Below are positions 1 to 8,069 of a DNA stretch of 32,000 bases, piece by piece. A model generated the notes under the pieces. That model worked only from the letters and a program-made list of their open reading frames with translations. It ran no database searches and was not told the DNA's origin. The position numbers and the translations under genes were made by a program. The DNA is from Micrococcus luteus NCTC 2665 (GTDB lineage: Bacteria; Actinomycetota; Actinomycetes; Actinomycetales; Micrococcaceae): the NCBI RefSeq assembly GCF_000023205.1, contig NC_012803.1, positions 2,130,001 through 2,162,000 on the forward strand, read 5' to 3'. The stretch's first letter is position 1. Every line of letters begins with the position of its first letter.

Positions 1-59
1 TCCCGTGTTCCGTCCTGTCCGCGATTGTGCCAGCCCCGCCCCGCAGGGCACCGGCCCGC

Positions 60-1445
60 TCAGCCCCAGCCGCCCCACCACGCCTCGAGGTCCGGCACGG
101 CGGCCACGGGCGCCCAGCCCAACCGGGAGACGGGCACCCGCCACACCCGCGCCGTCCCGCCCCGCCGGCGCCGCCACCGTGCCCGCGCGCACGTCAGCAC
201 GGCGAGCACGTCGCGCGCGCCCCGCTCGCCCGGCTCGCCCAGCACCTCCACGCGCTCGACGCCGGCCCGTTCCAGGCGCAGCAGCCACGCGGCGACGGCG
301 TCCGCGTCAGGCCGGGCTCCGGCCGTGGCGGGCCGCAGCGGCACGTGCACGTCCACGGACCAGTCGGGCACCGACCGCACGGCGTCGAGGTCGCCGCGCG
401 CCGGCGTCGACGGCAGGTCCTGGGCCGCCGCCGCGCCGCCGCCGGGCTCGCCCAGCAGCCGCACGCGGGGGTCACCGAGCGCCCGCGCCGCCGCCTCGTC
501 GAGGCCGCCCACGACGCCGACCCGCGCCCCCGGTGCCGCGCACAGCACGGCGTCCACCGCCACCACGGCCGCCGCCGCGCCGTCCGCGCCCTCCGGCACC
601 CGCACGCGCGCCTCGACCCGCAGCGGGCCGGCCAGGGACAGGCCGTGGCCGCGGGCCGTCGTCGCGGGGATGCGGGAGGCCAGCACGAGCGCCTCGCGGG
701 CCTTCACCCGGGCGGCCTCGGCGGCGTCGCCGCGTCCGCCGAAGTCGGCGCCAGCCTGCCACGCCACGGCGTCCGGCGCGTGGCGCAGGGCCGCCCCCAC
801 GCGCCACAGCCGGTGCGCCAGCTCCCAGTCCTCCCCGCCGTAGCCCACGAACGCGGGGTCGAAGCCGCCGGCGTCCTCGTAGACCTCGCGCGCCACCGTG
901 AGCACGGCCGAGATGACGTACCGGTAGCCGGTGGAGTCGGCGCGGCGCAGGTCGTCCGTGGCGCGGTACCCGTCACCCAGCCAGGCCGGCTCGGCCAGGC
1001 GGGAGTCCGCGGGCACCTCGTCCCCGGGCCGCCATCCGTCCGCCCAGGCCCGCTCCAGCCAGGCCTCGGCGAGGTGCCGCCGCCGGCCCACCACCGCGGC
1101 GTCCCGGGGCGCCTCGGCCACCGCCGCCAGCGCCGCGTTGAGGTACCCGGGTTCGGGGAGCATGTCCCCGTCGAGGAAGGCGAGCACGTCGCCGTCGGCC
1201 GCCTCCGCCCCGAGCGCCCGGGCCGCCGAGGCGCGGAACCCGCGGTCCTGCTGGCGCACGGTCACCACGTCGAACGGCAGGCCCGGGTCCACCCGGGGCG
1301 GGACGGGCGAGCCGTCGTCGGCCACCACGAGCTGCAGCCCGCCGGTCAGGCCGCGCTGGGCTGCGAGCGCGGCCATGAGCCGGTCGAGGTCCGCCTGGGC
1401 CCGGTAGTAGGGCACCACCACGGAGACGGCGGCGCTCACGTCCAC
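60..1445 (-). CDS. Family 2 glycosyltransferase (GT-A) with a long C-terminal extension
   Basis: Lower part of track ORF 60..1691(-). GT2-type motifs: VSVVVPYYRAQ, LVVADDGS, FLDGDM (DxD), GGFDPAFVGYGGEDWELAHRL. Start moved to GTG 1445 (VDVSAAVSVVV), which overlaps the stop of the upstream GT gene (GTGGACGTGA), suggesting translational coupling. The 82 aa upstream in the track ORF are R/G-rich overprint. Confidence 0.75.
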   Translation of the reverse strand: MDVSAAVSVVVPYYRAQADLDRLMAALAAQRGLTGGLQLVVADDGSPVPPRVDPGLPFDVVTVRQQDRGFRASAARALGAEAADGDVLAFLDGDMLPEPGYLNAALAAVAEAPRDAAVVGRRRHLAEAWLERAWADGWRPGDEVPADSRLAEPAWLGDGYRATDDLRRADSTGYRYVISAVLTVAREVYEDAGGFDPAFVGYGGEDWELAHRLWRVGAALRHAPDAVAWQAGADFGGRGDAAEAARVKAREALVLASRIPATTARGHGLSLAGPLRVEARVRVPEGADGAAAAVVAVDAVLCAAPGARVGVVGGLDEAAARALGDPRVRLLGEPGGGAAAAQDLPSTPARGDLDAVRSVPDWSVDVHVPLRPATAGARPDADAVAAWLLRLERAGVERVEVLGEPGERGARDVLAVLTCARARWRRRRGGTARVWRVPVSRLGWAPVAAVPDLEAWWGGWG

Positions 1446-2547
1446 CTGTGCACGCGGCGGAGCACGTCGAACAGCATCCGCGCGCAGTCCTCGGCCCCGG
1501 GCGAGAGGTCCACGGCGGGGTCGAGCCACGTGCGCTCGGGGTCCTCGACCGCCTCGGCGATCGCCTCGGCCATCGCGAAGGCCGGCGACCCGTTCGGGTG
1601 CACGAGCCGCAGGGTGCCCGGGCGCAGGCGCTCCATCTCCTCCGTGTAGCGGCCGGCGGAGGCGATGGGCCGCCGCCCCACCGAGGTCCACGCCGCCGGG
1701 ACCCGGACGCGGACACGTTGCGGTGCGCCGCGAACGGGATGCCCGCCGAGAGCAGGGCCGCGTCCGCGAACTCGTCCGGCACGAACCCGGAGACGCGGAA
1801 CTCCAGGCCGCGCGCCTCGGCGTCGCGGGTCAGCTCCGCCACGAGGCCGTCATGCCCGATGCTGACGGGTCCGAGCGCCGTCAGCCGGCGCGGCGCCCCG
1901 GAGTCCGGACCCCACTGGCGGTGCAGCTCGGTGAGGGCCTCCAGGGCGAGGGCGTGCCCCTTGCCCGGGTAGACGAAGCCGAAGAGCACGAGGTCCTGGT
2001 CGAGGCCGGCCATGTTCTCCGGCACCACCGGTTCGGCACGGGCGGCCGCGGCCCGGCGGTCCTCCACGGGCAGCGGGACCACGTCCGCGGCCACGTCCAC
2101 GAGGTCCGCCAGCAGCGCCCGTTCGTGCTGGGAGGAGACCACGACGCCGGCCACCGCCTGGGCGAGCCGCGCGTACGCCTCGCCGCGGCGGCGGTAGCGG
2201 CCGTCGCCCTCAGCGGGCTGCGGGATGTCGTGCAGGGTGAGCGTGGTGCCCGCGGGCAGGACGTCGACGAGCAGGTCCGCGGCGGCGGTCGCGGTGGGGC
2301 CGAACAGTGCGTCCGTGACGTCCAGGTGCACGGCGGCGCCCAGCGCCCGCGCCTCCTCCAGCAGGGGCACGAGGCCCCGGAACGCCGCGACGTCCTCCGC
2401 CCTGAGCAGCTCCACCTCGGCGCCCACCCTCCGGAGGGCGGCGGCGATCTGCCGGCCATGGCGCACCACGCCGTGCTCCGGCACGCCCACGGTCACGTAC
2501 AGCACACGTCCCTGCGGCTGCGAGTCCACGTCCACGATCCCCTTCAC
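1436..2547 (-). pseudogene. GT4 (GT1-family, GT-B) glycosyltransferase with reading frame broken near 1697-1700
   Basis: The N-terminal ~280 aa lie in the frame of giant ORF 973..4923(-): VKGIVDVDSQPQGRVLYVTVGVPEHGV...LVLFGFVYPGKGH...FAAHRNVSASGS. The C-terminal part (AAWTSVGRRPIASAGRYTEEMERLRPGTLRLVHPNGSPAFAMAEAIAEAVEDPE) lies in the frame of ORF 1436..1681(-). Two nt (1698-1697) sit between the last in-frame Ser codon and the Ala codon of the second frame, which looks like a 1-nt loss in a short C/G run. GTG start 2547 is preceded by GAGGAG. This may be a sequencing error rather than a true pseudogene. Confidence 0.65.
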
Positions 2548-2712
2548 CTGCGGCGGCGCTCCTCGACGCGGCGGCGCGCCGGAACGGACAGGATGCCGCT
2601 GCTCCGATTCTCCGATCCTGCCCTGACAGACTAGATTTCGCGACCCCCGACCCGGGACGGGGACACGCCGCCCGCGCGGCATCGCATCCCCCAGGTCAGG
2701 AGGCCCTCCCCC

Positions 2713-4707
2713 GTGAGCATCACCGTCCAGCACGTGCCCGCGCAGCACCCGTACACCCGCGCGATCCGCCCCCTCGACCCGGGCGCCGCGCCGGACGTGG
2801 AGTTCCTGCCGGACCCGCCGGTGCCGGGCGCGCCCGCACACCAGTGGTGGCCGCCCCGGGCCCTGCACGCGGAGTGGCTGGCCGAGCACCGCCCGGACGT
2901 GCTGCACGTGCACTTCGGCTTCGAGCACTTCAGCCCCGCCCAGCTGGCCGCCGCTCTGGACGCGCAGCACGCGCACGGGGGCGCCGTCGTCGTGACGGTG
3001 CACGACCTCGAGAACCCGCACCTGACGGACCAGGGCCCCCACCGGGACCGCCTGGCCGTGCTGCTGGGCCGCGCGGACACCGTGCTCACGCTCACCCCCG
3101 GCGCCGCGGCGACCCTCGCCCGCGACTACGGCGTGCGCGCCCTCGTGGTCCCCCACCCGCACATCGTCCCGCTCGAGGACCTCGTGGCGCAGGGCGACGA
3201 CGACGCCCCCGGCCTGCTGCCCCCCGACGCGTCCGACGACGGCGACGGCGCGGCCGCCCCCGCCCGCCTGCTGGTGCACGCCAAGGACCTGCGGGCCCAG
3301 GTGGCCCCGGTGGCGCTGCTGCCGGTGCTCGCCGCCGCCGTCGGGACGCTGGCCGAGCGCGGTGTCGACGCGCGGGTGACCGTGGAGGTCCAGGACACCG
3401 TGCAGGACGAGGACGCCCTGGCCGCGCTGCGCGCAGGCTGCGCCCACCACGGCTTCGAGCTGTGGCAGCACGATCGGCTCGACGACCCCGCCCTGCACGC
3501 GCTGCTGCGTGACGTGGACGTGTCCGTGCTGCCGTACCGCATCGGCACCCACTCGGGCTGGGTGGAGATGTGCCGGGACCTGGGGGTGCCGGTGGCCGTC
3601 GCGGACATCGGGCACATCGCGGACCAGTCCGGCGCCTGGCTGACCCCCGACTCGCTCGCCGCGTTCGACCCGGAGGACCCCGACTCCCTCGCCGACGCGC
3701 TCGAGACGCTGGTGCGCGCCCGCGCGCGCACTGCCCCCGCCGATCCCGCCGCCCGGGCCCGACAGCGCCGTCGCGTGGCCGCCGCCCACGTGGCCGTCTA
3801 CCGCGAGGCCCTCGCCCGGGCGCGCGGGGCGCTGCCGGGCGTGTCCGTGCTGGTCATCACGGGGCACCGGGACGAGCACCTGGCCCGCGTGATCGCCGGG
3901 CTGGAACGCTCCCACCGCCGCCCGGACCAGGTCGTCGTGGTGTTCATGGGCCAGCCGGACGGGCGCGTCCCGGCCACGGACCTGCCCGTCACCGTGGGGC
4001 ACGTGGCCGCCGAGGCCGGCCTGCCGCTGGCGCAGGCCCGCAACCGCGCGGCCGAGCTCGCCACCGGCGAGATCCTCGTCTTCCTCGACGTGGACTGCAT
4101 CCCGGCGGCCGAGACCGTCGGCGTGCTGGCCACCGAGGTCGCGGCCCACTCCGGGTCCGTGGTGATGGGCCGGCCCCGCTACCTGCGGCCGGGCTGGGCC
4201 AGCGCCGTCGAGGAGGCCGACCTGACCTCGCACCGCGCCGACGCCCTGCTGCGCCGCCTCTCCGTGCCCCACCGGGCGCGCGCGCACCTGACCGCCGGGC
4301 CCTCGGACGAGTGGCACCTCGTGTGGACGCTGATCCTGGCGCTGCGCCGCGCGGACCTGGCCCGCATCGGCGGTTTCGACGCGGGCTTCACCGGCTACGG
4401 CGCCGAGGACACGGACCTGGCCTTCCGCGCCCGCGACGCCGGCCTGACGCTGCGGTTCAGCCCCGCCGAGGCGTTCCACCAGCACCACGGCGTGATGGTC
4501 CCGCCGCTGCACCACCTCGAGGACATCCTGGTCAACGCGCGCCGCTTCCGGCAGGTGAACGGCCGGTGGGCCATGGAGGGGTGGCTGCGCGCGTTCGCGG
4601 ACGCGGGGCTGATCGCGTGGGAGCCCGAGGGCGAGCGGCTCGAGCTGCTGCGTCACCCCACGGAGGCGGAGCTGACGGCCGCCCGCCGCGACGACGCCGC
4701 GTACTGA
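2713..4707 (+). CDS. Two-domain glycosyltransferase (N-terminal GT-B-like domain + C-terminal GT2/galactosyltransferase-like domain)
   Basis: ORF 2713..4707, 664 aa. GTG start is preceded by AGGAGG (2697-2702). N-terminal half: HVHFGFEH, VVTVHDLENPH. C-terminal half: VSVLVITGHRDEHL, FLDVDC (DxD), GGFDAGFTGYGAEDTDLAFR. Divergent from the GT4 gene. Confidence 0.8.
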   Translation: MSITVQHVPAQHPYTRAIRPLDPGAAPDVEFLPDPPVPGAPAHQWWPPRALHAEWLAEHRPDVLHVHFGFEHFSPAQLAAALDAQHAHGGAVVVTVHDLENPHLTDQGPHRDRLAVLLGRADTVLTLTPGAAATLARDYGVRALVVPHPHIVPLEDLVAQGDDDAPGLLPPDASDDGDGAAAPARLLVHAKDLRAQVAPVALLPVLAAAVGTLAERGVDARVTVEVQDTVQDEDALAALRAGCAHHGFELWQHDRLDDPALHALLRDVDVSVLPYRIGTHSGWVEMCRDLGVPVAVADIGHIADQSGAWLTPDSLAAFDPEDPDSLADALETLVRARARTAPADPAARARQRRRVAAAHVAVYREALARARGALPGVSVLVITGHRDEHLARVIAGLERSHRRPDQVVVVFMGQPDGRVPATDLPVTVGHVAAEAGLPLAQARNRAAELATGEILVFLDVDCIPAAETVGVLATEVAAHSGSVVMGRPRYLRPGWASAVEEADLTSHRADALLRRLSVPHRARAHLTAGPSDEWHLVWTLILALRRADLARIGGFDAGFTGYGAEDTDLAFRARDAGLTLRFSPAEAFHQHHGVMVPPLHHLEDILVNARRFRQVNGRWAMEGWLRAFADAGLIAWEPEGERLELLRHPTEAELTAARRDDAAY

Positions 4708-4735
4708 GCGGCGAGGCGGCGGGCGCGGGCCGGAC

Positions 4736-5827
4736 TCAGCCCAGGGCGCCCTCGATCGCCGCCTCCCAGCGCCGCCGGTACTCGTCCGGCGCCACGAGCA
4801 GCAGGCCCGCGAGCCGGTCGGCGGCGGCCGGGTCGGCGAGGGCGCCGCGCACCGCGCCGGCCCAGTCGGCGTCCGGGTCCTCCCACGCGCACCACGGCAC
4901 GCCCGCGGCCCGGTGGATCTCACGGACGAACACGCGCTGCTCGTCGAACGGCCGCGGCTCGGGGGCGAGCACCACGGGGCGGCCGGAGCGGGCGGCGTCC
5001 ACCACGGCGTTGTGCCCGGCCGAGACCACCACGACGTCGGCGTCCGCGGCCCGGCGGGCCGGCGCCTGGACCCAGCCGTGCAGCGTCACGGTGGCGGGCA
5101 TCGCCTCCGCCGCGAGCCCGCCCGGCGCCTCCGGCTCGCCCACCCCGGCGATCGGGCCGTACACCTCCCACGTCGCCTCCGGCACGGCGGATGCCGCCCG
5201 GGCCAGGTCCGCGGCCCGCACCCCGCCGCCGCCCGTCCCGGCGATCACGGCGACGCGCGGGGCGGCGCGGGCCGTCGACGTCGTCGTGGCGCGGCTGCCG
5301 AGCCGGCCGGTGACGTCCGCGACCCCGAGGTAGGTGACCCGGTCCGCGTGGGCGGCGCGCCAGGCGGGGACCTCGAGCTCGGCGGCGTAGTGGGCGAAGA
5401 GGCCGTCGGCCTCGGCGTAGACGAGGGCGTGCGCGGGGTCCGTGCGCTCGCCGTGCATGCGGCGGTGCAGCACGGGCCAGCCCGCCAGGCGCAGGAACAG
5501 GGCCGCCTCCACGGACACGTCCACCACGCACACGTCCGGGTCCACCCGCTGCGCCGCCGCGTGGAGGGCGTCGAAGCGCGCCCGGATCTCGGGCCCCACC
5601 GGGGACCAGTGCAGGGGCGAGCGGGCCGGCTGCTCGTGGCCGGGCACGAGGTCCGAGGGCAGCGGGATGACGGGGACGTCCGCGGGCAGCAGTTCGGCCG
5701 CCCGGGGGTGGGCGGTCACGACCGTCACGTCGAACGCCCCGGTCGACGCCAGGCCGGCGGCGTGCCGCAGGTGCCCCGCCCCGTGCTGGTGGGCGTAGTA
5801 GAGGACCCGCCTGCGGGCCGGGGCCAT
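4736..5827 (-). CDS. GT28/MurG-like glycosyltransferase (C-terminal glycosyltransferase 28 domain type)
   Basis: C-terminal part of track ORF 4736..7150(-), starting MAPARRRVLYYAHQHGAGHLRH. Ends with VVVSAGHNAVVDAARSGRPVVLAPEPRPFDEQ, typical of MurG-like GT-B enzymes. ATG 5827 overlaps the stop of the upstream GT4 gene (TGATG). Confidence 0.7.
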   Translation of the reverse strand: MAPARRRVLYYAHQHGAGHLRHAAGLASTGAFDVTVVTAHPRAAELLPADVPVIPLPSDLVPGHEQPARSPLHWSPVGPEIRARFDALHAAAQRVDPDVCVVDVSVEAALFLRLAGWPVLHRRMHGERTDPAHALVYAEADGLFAHYAAELEVPAWRAAHADRVTYLGVADVTGRLGSRATTTSTARAAPRVAVIAGTGGGGVRAADLARAASAVPEATWEVYGPIAGVGEPEAPGGLAAEAMPATVTLHGWVQAPARRAADADVVVVSAGHNAVVDAARSGRPVVLAPEPRPFDEQRVFVREIHRAAGVPWCAWEDPDADWAGAVRGALADPAAADRLAGLLLVAPDEYRRRWEAAIEGALG

Positions 5828-6954
5828 CAGAGGGACTCCAGGTCTGCCGCGTCGGCGGACGGGCGCGGGACCCCCTGCGGGTCGAACCCGTACGTGTCCT
5901 CGCCGGCGGCGAGGTCGCGGGCGTCCTCCGCGGCCTGCTCGAGCAGGTCCACGTAGCCCTCCACCATGGTCTCCGCGCTGAACCGACAGGCCCATGCACG
6001 CACGCGTCCCCGGTCCTTGCGGCGGGCGTGACGGATCGAGACCGCGAGCTCCTGCGCCGTGTGGTGCACGGCCAGCGCGCCGGCCTGCGGGGCGACGATC
6101 TCCCCCATCGCGCCGCTGAGCAGCGCGGCCACCGGCACGCCGAGCGCCATGGCCTCGACCACGGCGAGCCCGAACGGCTCGGCCCACAGGGGCGTGGCCA
6201 GGAAGACCTCGCCCGTGGCGAGCATGTGCGGCAGCGCCTGATGGTCGAGGTGGCCGTGGTAGACGGTGTCCGGGCCGAGCCGCGGCACGACCTCGCAGGC
6301 GTGGTACTCCTCGTCCGAGATCGGCCCGGCGAAGTGCAGCTCCATGCCCGCGATCCGGGCGGCGTCGATCGCCACGTGCAGGCCCTTCTCCGCCGTGATC
6401 CGACCCGACCACACGGCGCGGCCGCGCACGGGGACGGCGTCGGAGACCCAGTGGTGCAGCTCGATCCCGTTGGACACCACGTCCACCCGGGGCAGCCGGT
6501 GCTGCCAGGCCAGCGCGTTCGACGCGGACACCGAGGCCCACCGGTGGTGGTGGGGGGCCGTCCAGTCCGGGGCGTCGACGAGGGCCAGCACCTCCGCCAG
6601 CGTGGCCGGCGTGTGCAGGACGGTGACCATGGGGCGGGCGCGCAGCAGCTCGAGCGGCACCGGGGAGAGGGAGTTGTTCAGGACGGCGTCGGAGTCGTCG
6701 TCGAGGATCAGCGCGCAGGCCCGGCGGGCGGCCTCCTCGCGGACGAGGGCGCCCGCGCGGCCCGCGCCGGCGCCCTCGGCAGGCAGCACGGCGACGACGT
6801 CGCCCGGCAGCCGGGTGCCCTCCCGCGCGTAGACGGTGACGTCGTGGCCCCGACGCACGAGGTGCTCCACGGTCATGGCCGTGTGCATCTCCAGCCCGCC
6901 CTCGTAGGGCGAACGGATGGGGTGGAGCATGTGGGTGAGCACGCTGATGCGCAT
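5827..6954 (-). CDS. GT4 (GT1-family) glycosyltransferase
   Basis: Part of ORF 5827..7137(-), from MRISVLTHMLHPIRSPYEGGLEMHTAMTVEHLVRRGHDVTVY. Carries the ...GRITAEKGLH...EPFGLAVVEAMALGVPVAA signature of GT4 enzymes. ATG 6954 is preceded by GGGAAGGGGA. Confidence 0.8.
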   Translation of the reverse strand: MRISVLTHMLHPIRSPYEGGLEMHTAMTVEHLVRRGHDVTVYAREGTRLPGDVVAVLPAEGAGAGRAGALVREEAARRACALILDDDSDAVLNNSLSPVPLELLRARPMVTVLHTPATLAEVLALVDAPDWTAPHHHRWASVSASNALAWQHRLPRVDVVSNGIELHHWVSDAVPVRGRAVWSGRITAEKGLHVAIDAARIAGMELHFAGPISDEEYHACEVVPRLGPDTVYHGHLDHQALPHMLATGEVFLATPLWAEPFGLAVVEAMALGVPVAALLSGAMGEIVAPQAGALAVHHTAQELAVSIRHARRKDRGRVRAWACRFSAETMVEGYVDLLEQAAEDARDLAAGEDTYGFDPQGVPRPSADAADLESL

Positions 6955-7149
6955 CGGCGTCCCCTTCCCGGCCCAGGCCGGGCCGAACGGCCCCGTGCGG
7001 GGCGGCAGAAGCGCAACTGACCTGCGGTGACACGACCGCATCACGTCCGCGCTGACGTACCCCGGCACTGTAGACACCCGGGGGGTCCCCTCGGAAGCGC
7101 CGCCCCCCTCCCGGGGGTGAGGGCAGGGCAGGCGCACACGCCCCTGTCA

Positions 7150-7191
7150 CGAGAAAGTCCCGGCCCGCGATCTCAGGGATCGCGGACCGGG
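7150..7191 (-). terminator. Hairpin terminator downstream of tRNA-Ala
   Basis: Arms 7159-7172 (CCCGGCCCGCGATC) and 7178-7191 (GATCGCGGACCGGG) pair at 13 of 14 positions, with a 5-nt loop. On the minus strand the hairpin is followed by ACTTTCT. Confidence 0.5.
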
Positions 7192-7199
7192 ACGGTCCG

Positions 7200-7272
7200 T
7201 GGAGCTAAGGGGAATTGAACCCCTGACCTTTTCATTGCGAACGAAACGCTCTACCAACTGAGCTATAGCCCC
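7200..7272 (-). tRNA. tRNA-Ala (anticodon CGC)
   Basis: The reverse complement GGGGCTATAGCTCAGTTGGTAGAGCGTTTCGTTCGCAATGAAAAGGTCAGGGGTTCAATTCCCCTTAGCTCCA folds as a cloverleaf. It has a 7-bp acceptor stem with the G3:U70 Ala identity pair, GCTC/GAGC D stem, anticodon loop TTCGCAA, and T loop TTCAATT. CCA is not encoded. Confidence 0.93.
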
Positions 7273-7306
7273 AGGTCATGCCCTCCCGCGGGAGCGCACC
7301 GGACCA

Positions 7307-7717
7307 TCATACGCCCGACGCCCCCGATCCTCCAATCCGGCGACTCCACGCGGCGAGCACGCCGAGCACCACACCCGCCAGATCCGCGACGACATCCACC
7401 GGGTCCCCCGTCCGCAGCGGCACCCACGCGTGCTGCACGAGCTCGCTCACCGGCGCGTGCACCGCGAACGGCAGCGCCCACCACCCACTCTGCCCCCGCG
7501 CGACGGCGAGGAACGCGGGCAGCGCGAACACGGCCACGTGGATCGCCTTGTCCAGTCCGGGCACGGTGAACCCGGCCTCCGGCACCTGCTCGCCCGGCAG
7601 GTACAGCACCACCAGCTGCACCACGACGGCGACGGCCAGCGCCGCCGCCAGGGCGCGGCGCCGTCGTCGGGAAGCGGGGGCGGAGGGGGCGGCCGGGGAG
7701 CCGGAGGGAACGGTCAT
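7307..7717 (-). CDS. VanZ-like family membrane protein
   Basis: C-terminal 136 aa of ORF 7307..8050(-), from MTVPSGSPAAP. Hydrophobic segments and the VanZ-type motifs GLDKAIHVAVFALPAFL and DPVDVVADLAGVVLG. The upstream part of the track ORF is R/G-rich noncoding overprint. Confidence 0.65.
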   Translation of the reverse strand: MTVPSGSPAAPSAPASRRRRRALAAALAVAVVVQLVVLYLPGEQVPEAGFTVPGLDKAIHVAVFALPAFLAVARGQSGWWALPFAVHAPVSELVQHAWVPLRTGDPVDVVADLAGVVLGVLAAWSRRIGGSGASGV

Positions 7718-8069
7718 CCGCCCATTCTGTCCGACTTCCGTGCCGGGCGCTCCTGCTCCCGACCTCACTGAAAAGGCTCTATGTTTTTGCCATTTCTGCG
7801 CCGACCATGTGATGCTCAACCCATCCAGGCGGGCTCGTCCCGCCGGGATGCCGGTGTTGACAGCGCCGCCCAGGGCCGAGGGACCGCGATGGCTTGAGCA
7901 GAGAGCTCGCCGATCGTGGACTCGGGACCCGGCGGGATGCCCTCCACCTCCCCGGCCCCCTGGCCGCGACGTGATCGGTACGCCACCTTCCGCCCTGCGG
8001 AGCCGTGCCCCGACCGGACCGCGCCGGGAGACCGGGACGTCCGTCGTCACTCGTGCGAAAGGAAGTTCG

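Noticed and set aside
1436-1681. 81-aa ORF as an independent small gene.
   Set aside because: Its sequence (GRRPIASAGRYTEEMERL...AEAIAEAVEDPE) is the C-terminal nucleotide-sugar-binding part of the upstream GT4 enzyme. It has no RBS and only a GTG that falls mid-domain.
2548-2712. Promoter call for the divergent glycosyltransferase genes (CTGACA ... TAGATT at 2631-2636).
   Set aside because: The -10-like TAGATT is plausible, but the -35-like CTGACA is only 3 nt away, which is the wrong spacing. There is not enough evidence to list it as a feature.
973-4923. 1316-aa ORF on the minus strand, the longest in the track. Similar giant ORFs are 4736..7150(-), 10588..13002(-), 21103..23484(+), 24644..26755(-) and 27135..29024(-).
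   Set aside because: These are artefacts of very high GC content, where stop codons are rare in all frames. Outside the segments I assigned to real genes, the translations are monotonous Arg/Pro/Gly/Ala strings without domain signatures. They overlap well-supported genes on the same or opposite strand.
7718-8069. Guanidine or glycine riboswitch upstream of the symporter.
   Set aside because: The conserved cores as I recall them are not present: ykkC CUAGGGUUCCG / GGUCCGAGAG / ACACGG, mini-ykkC ACGR tetraloops closed by G-C stems, and the ykkC-III pseudoknot pairing. Only vague GC-rich resemblance was seen.
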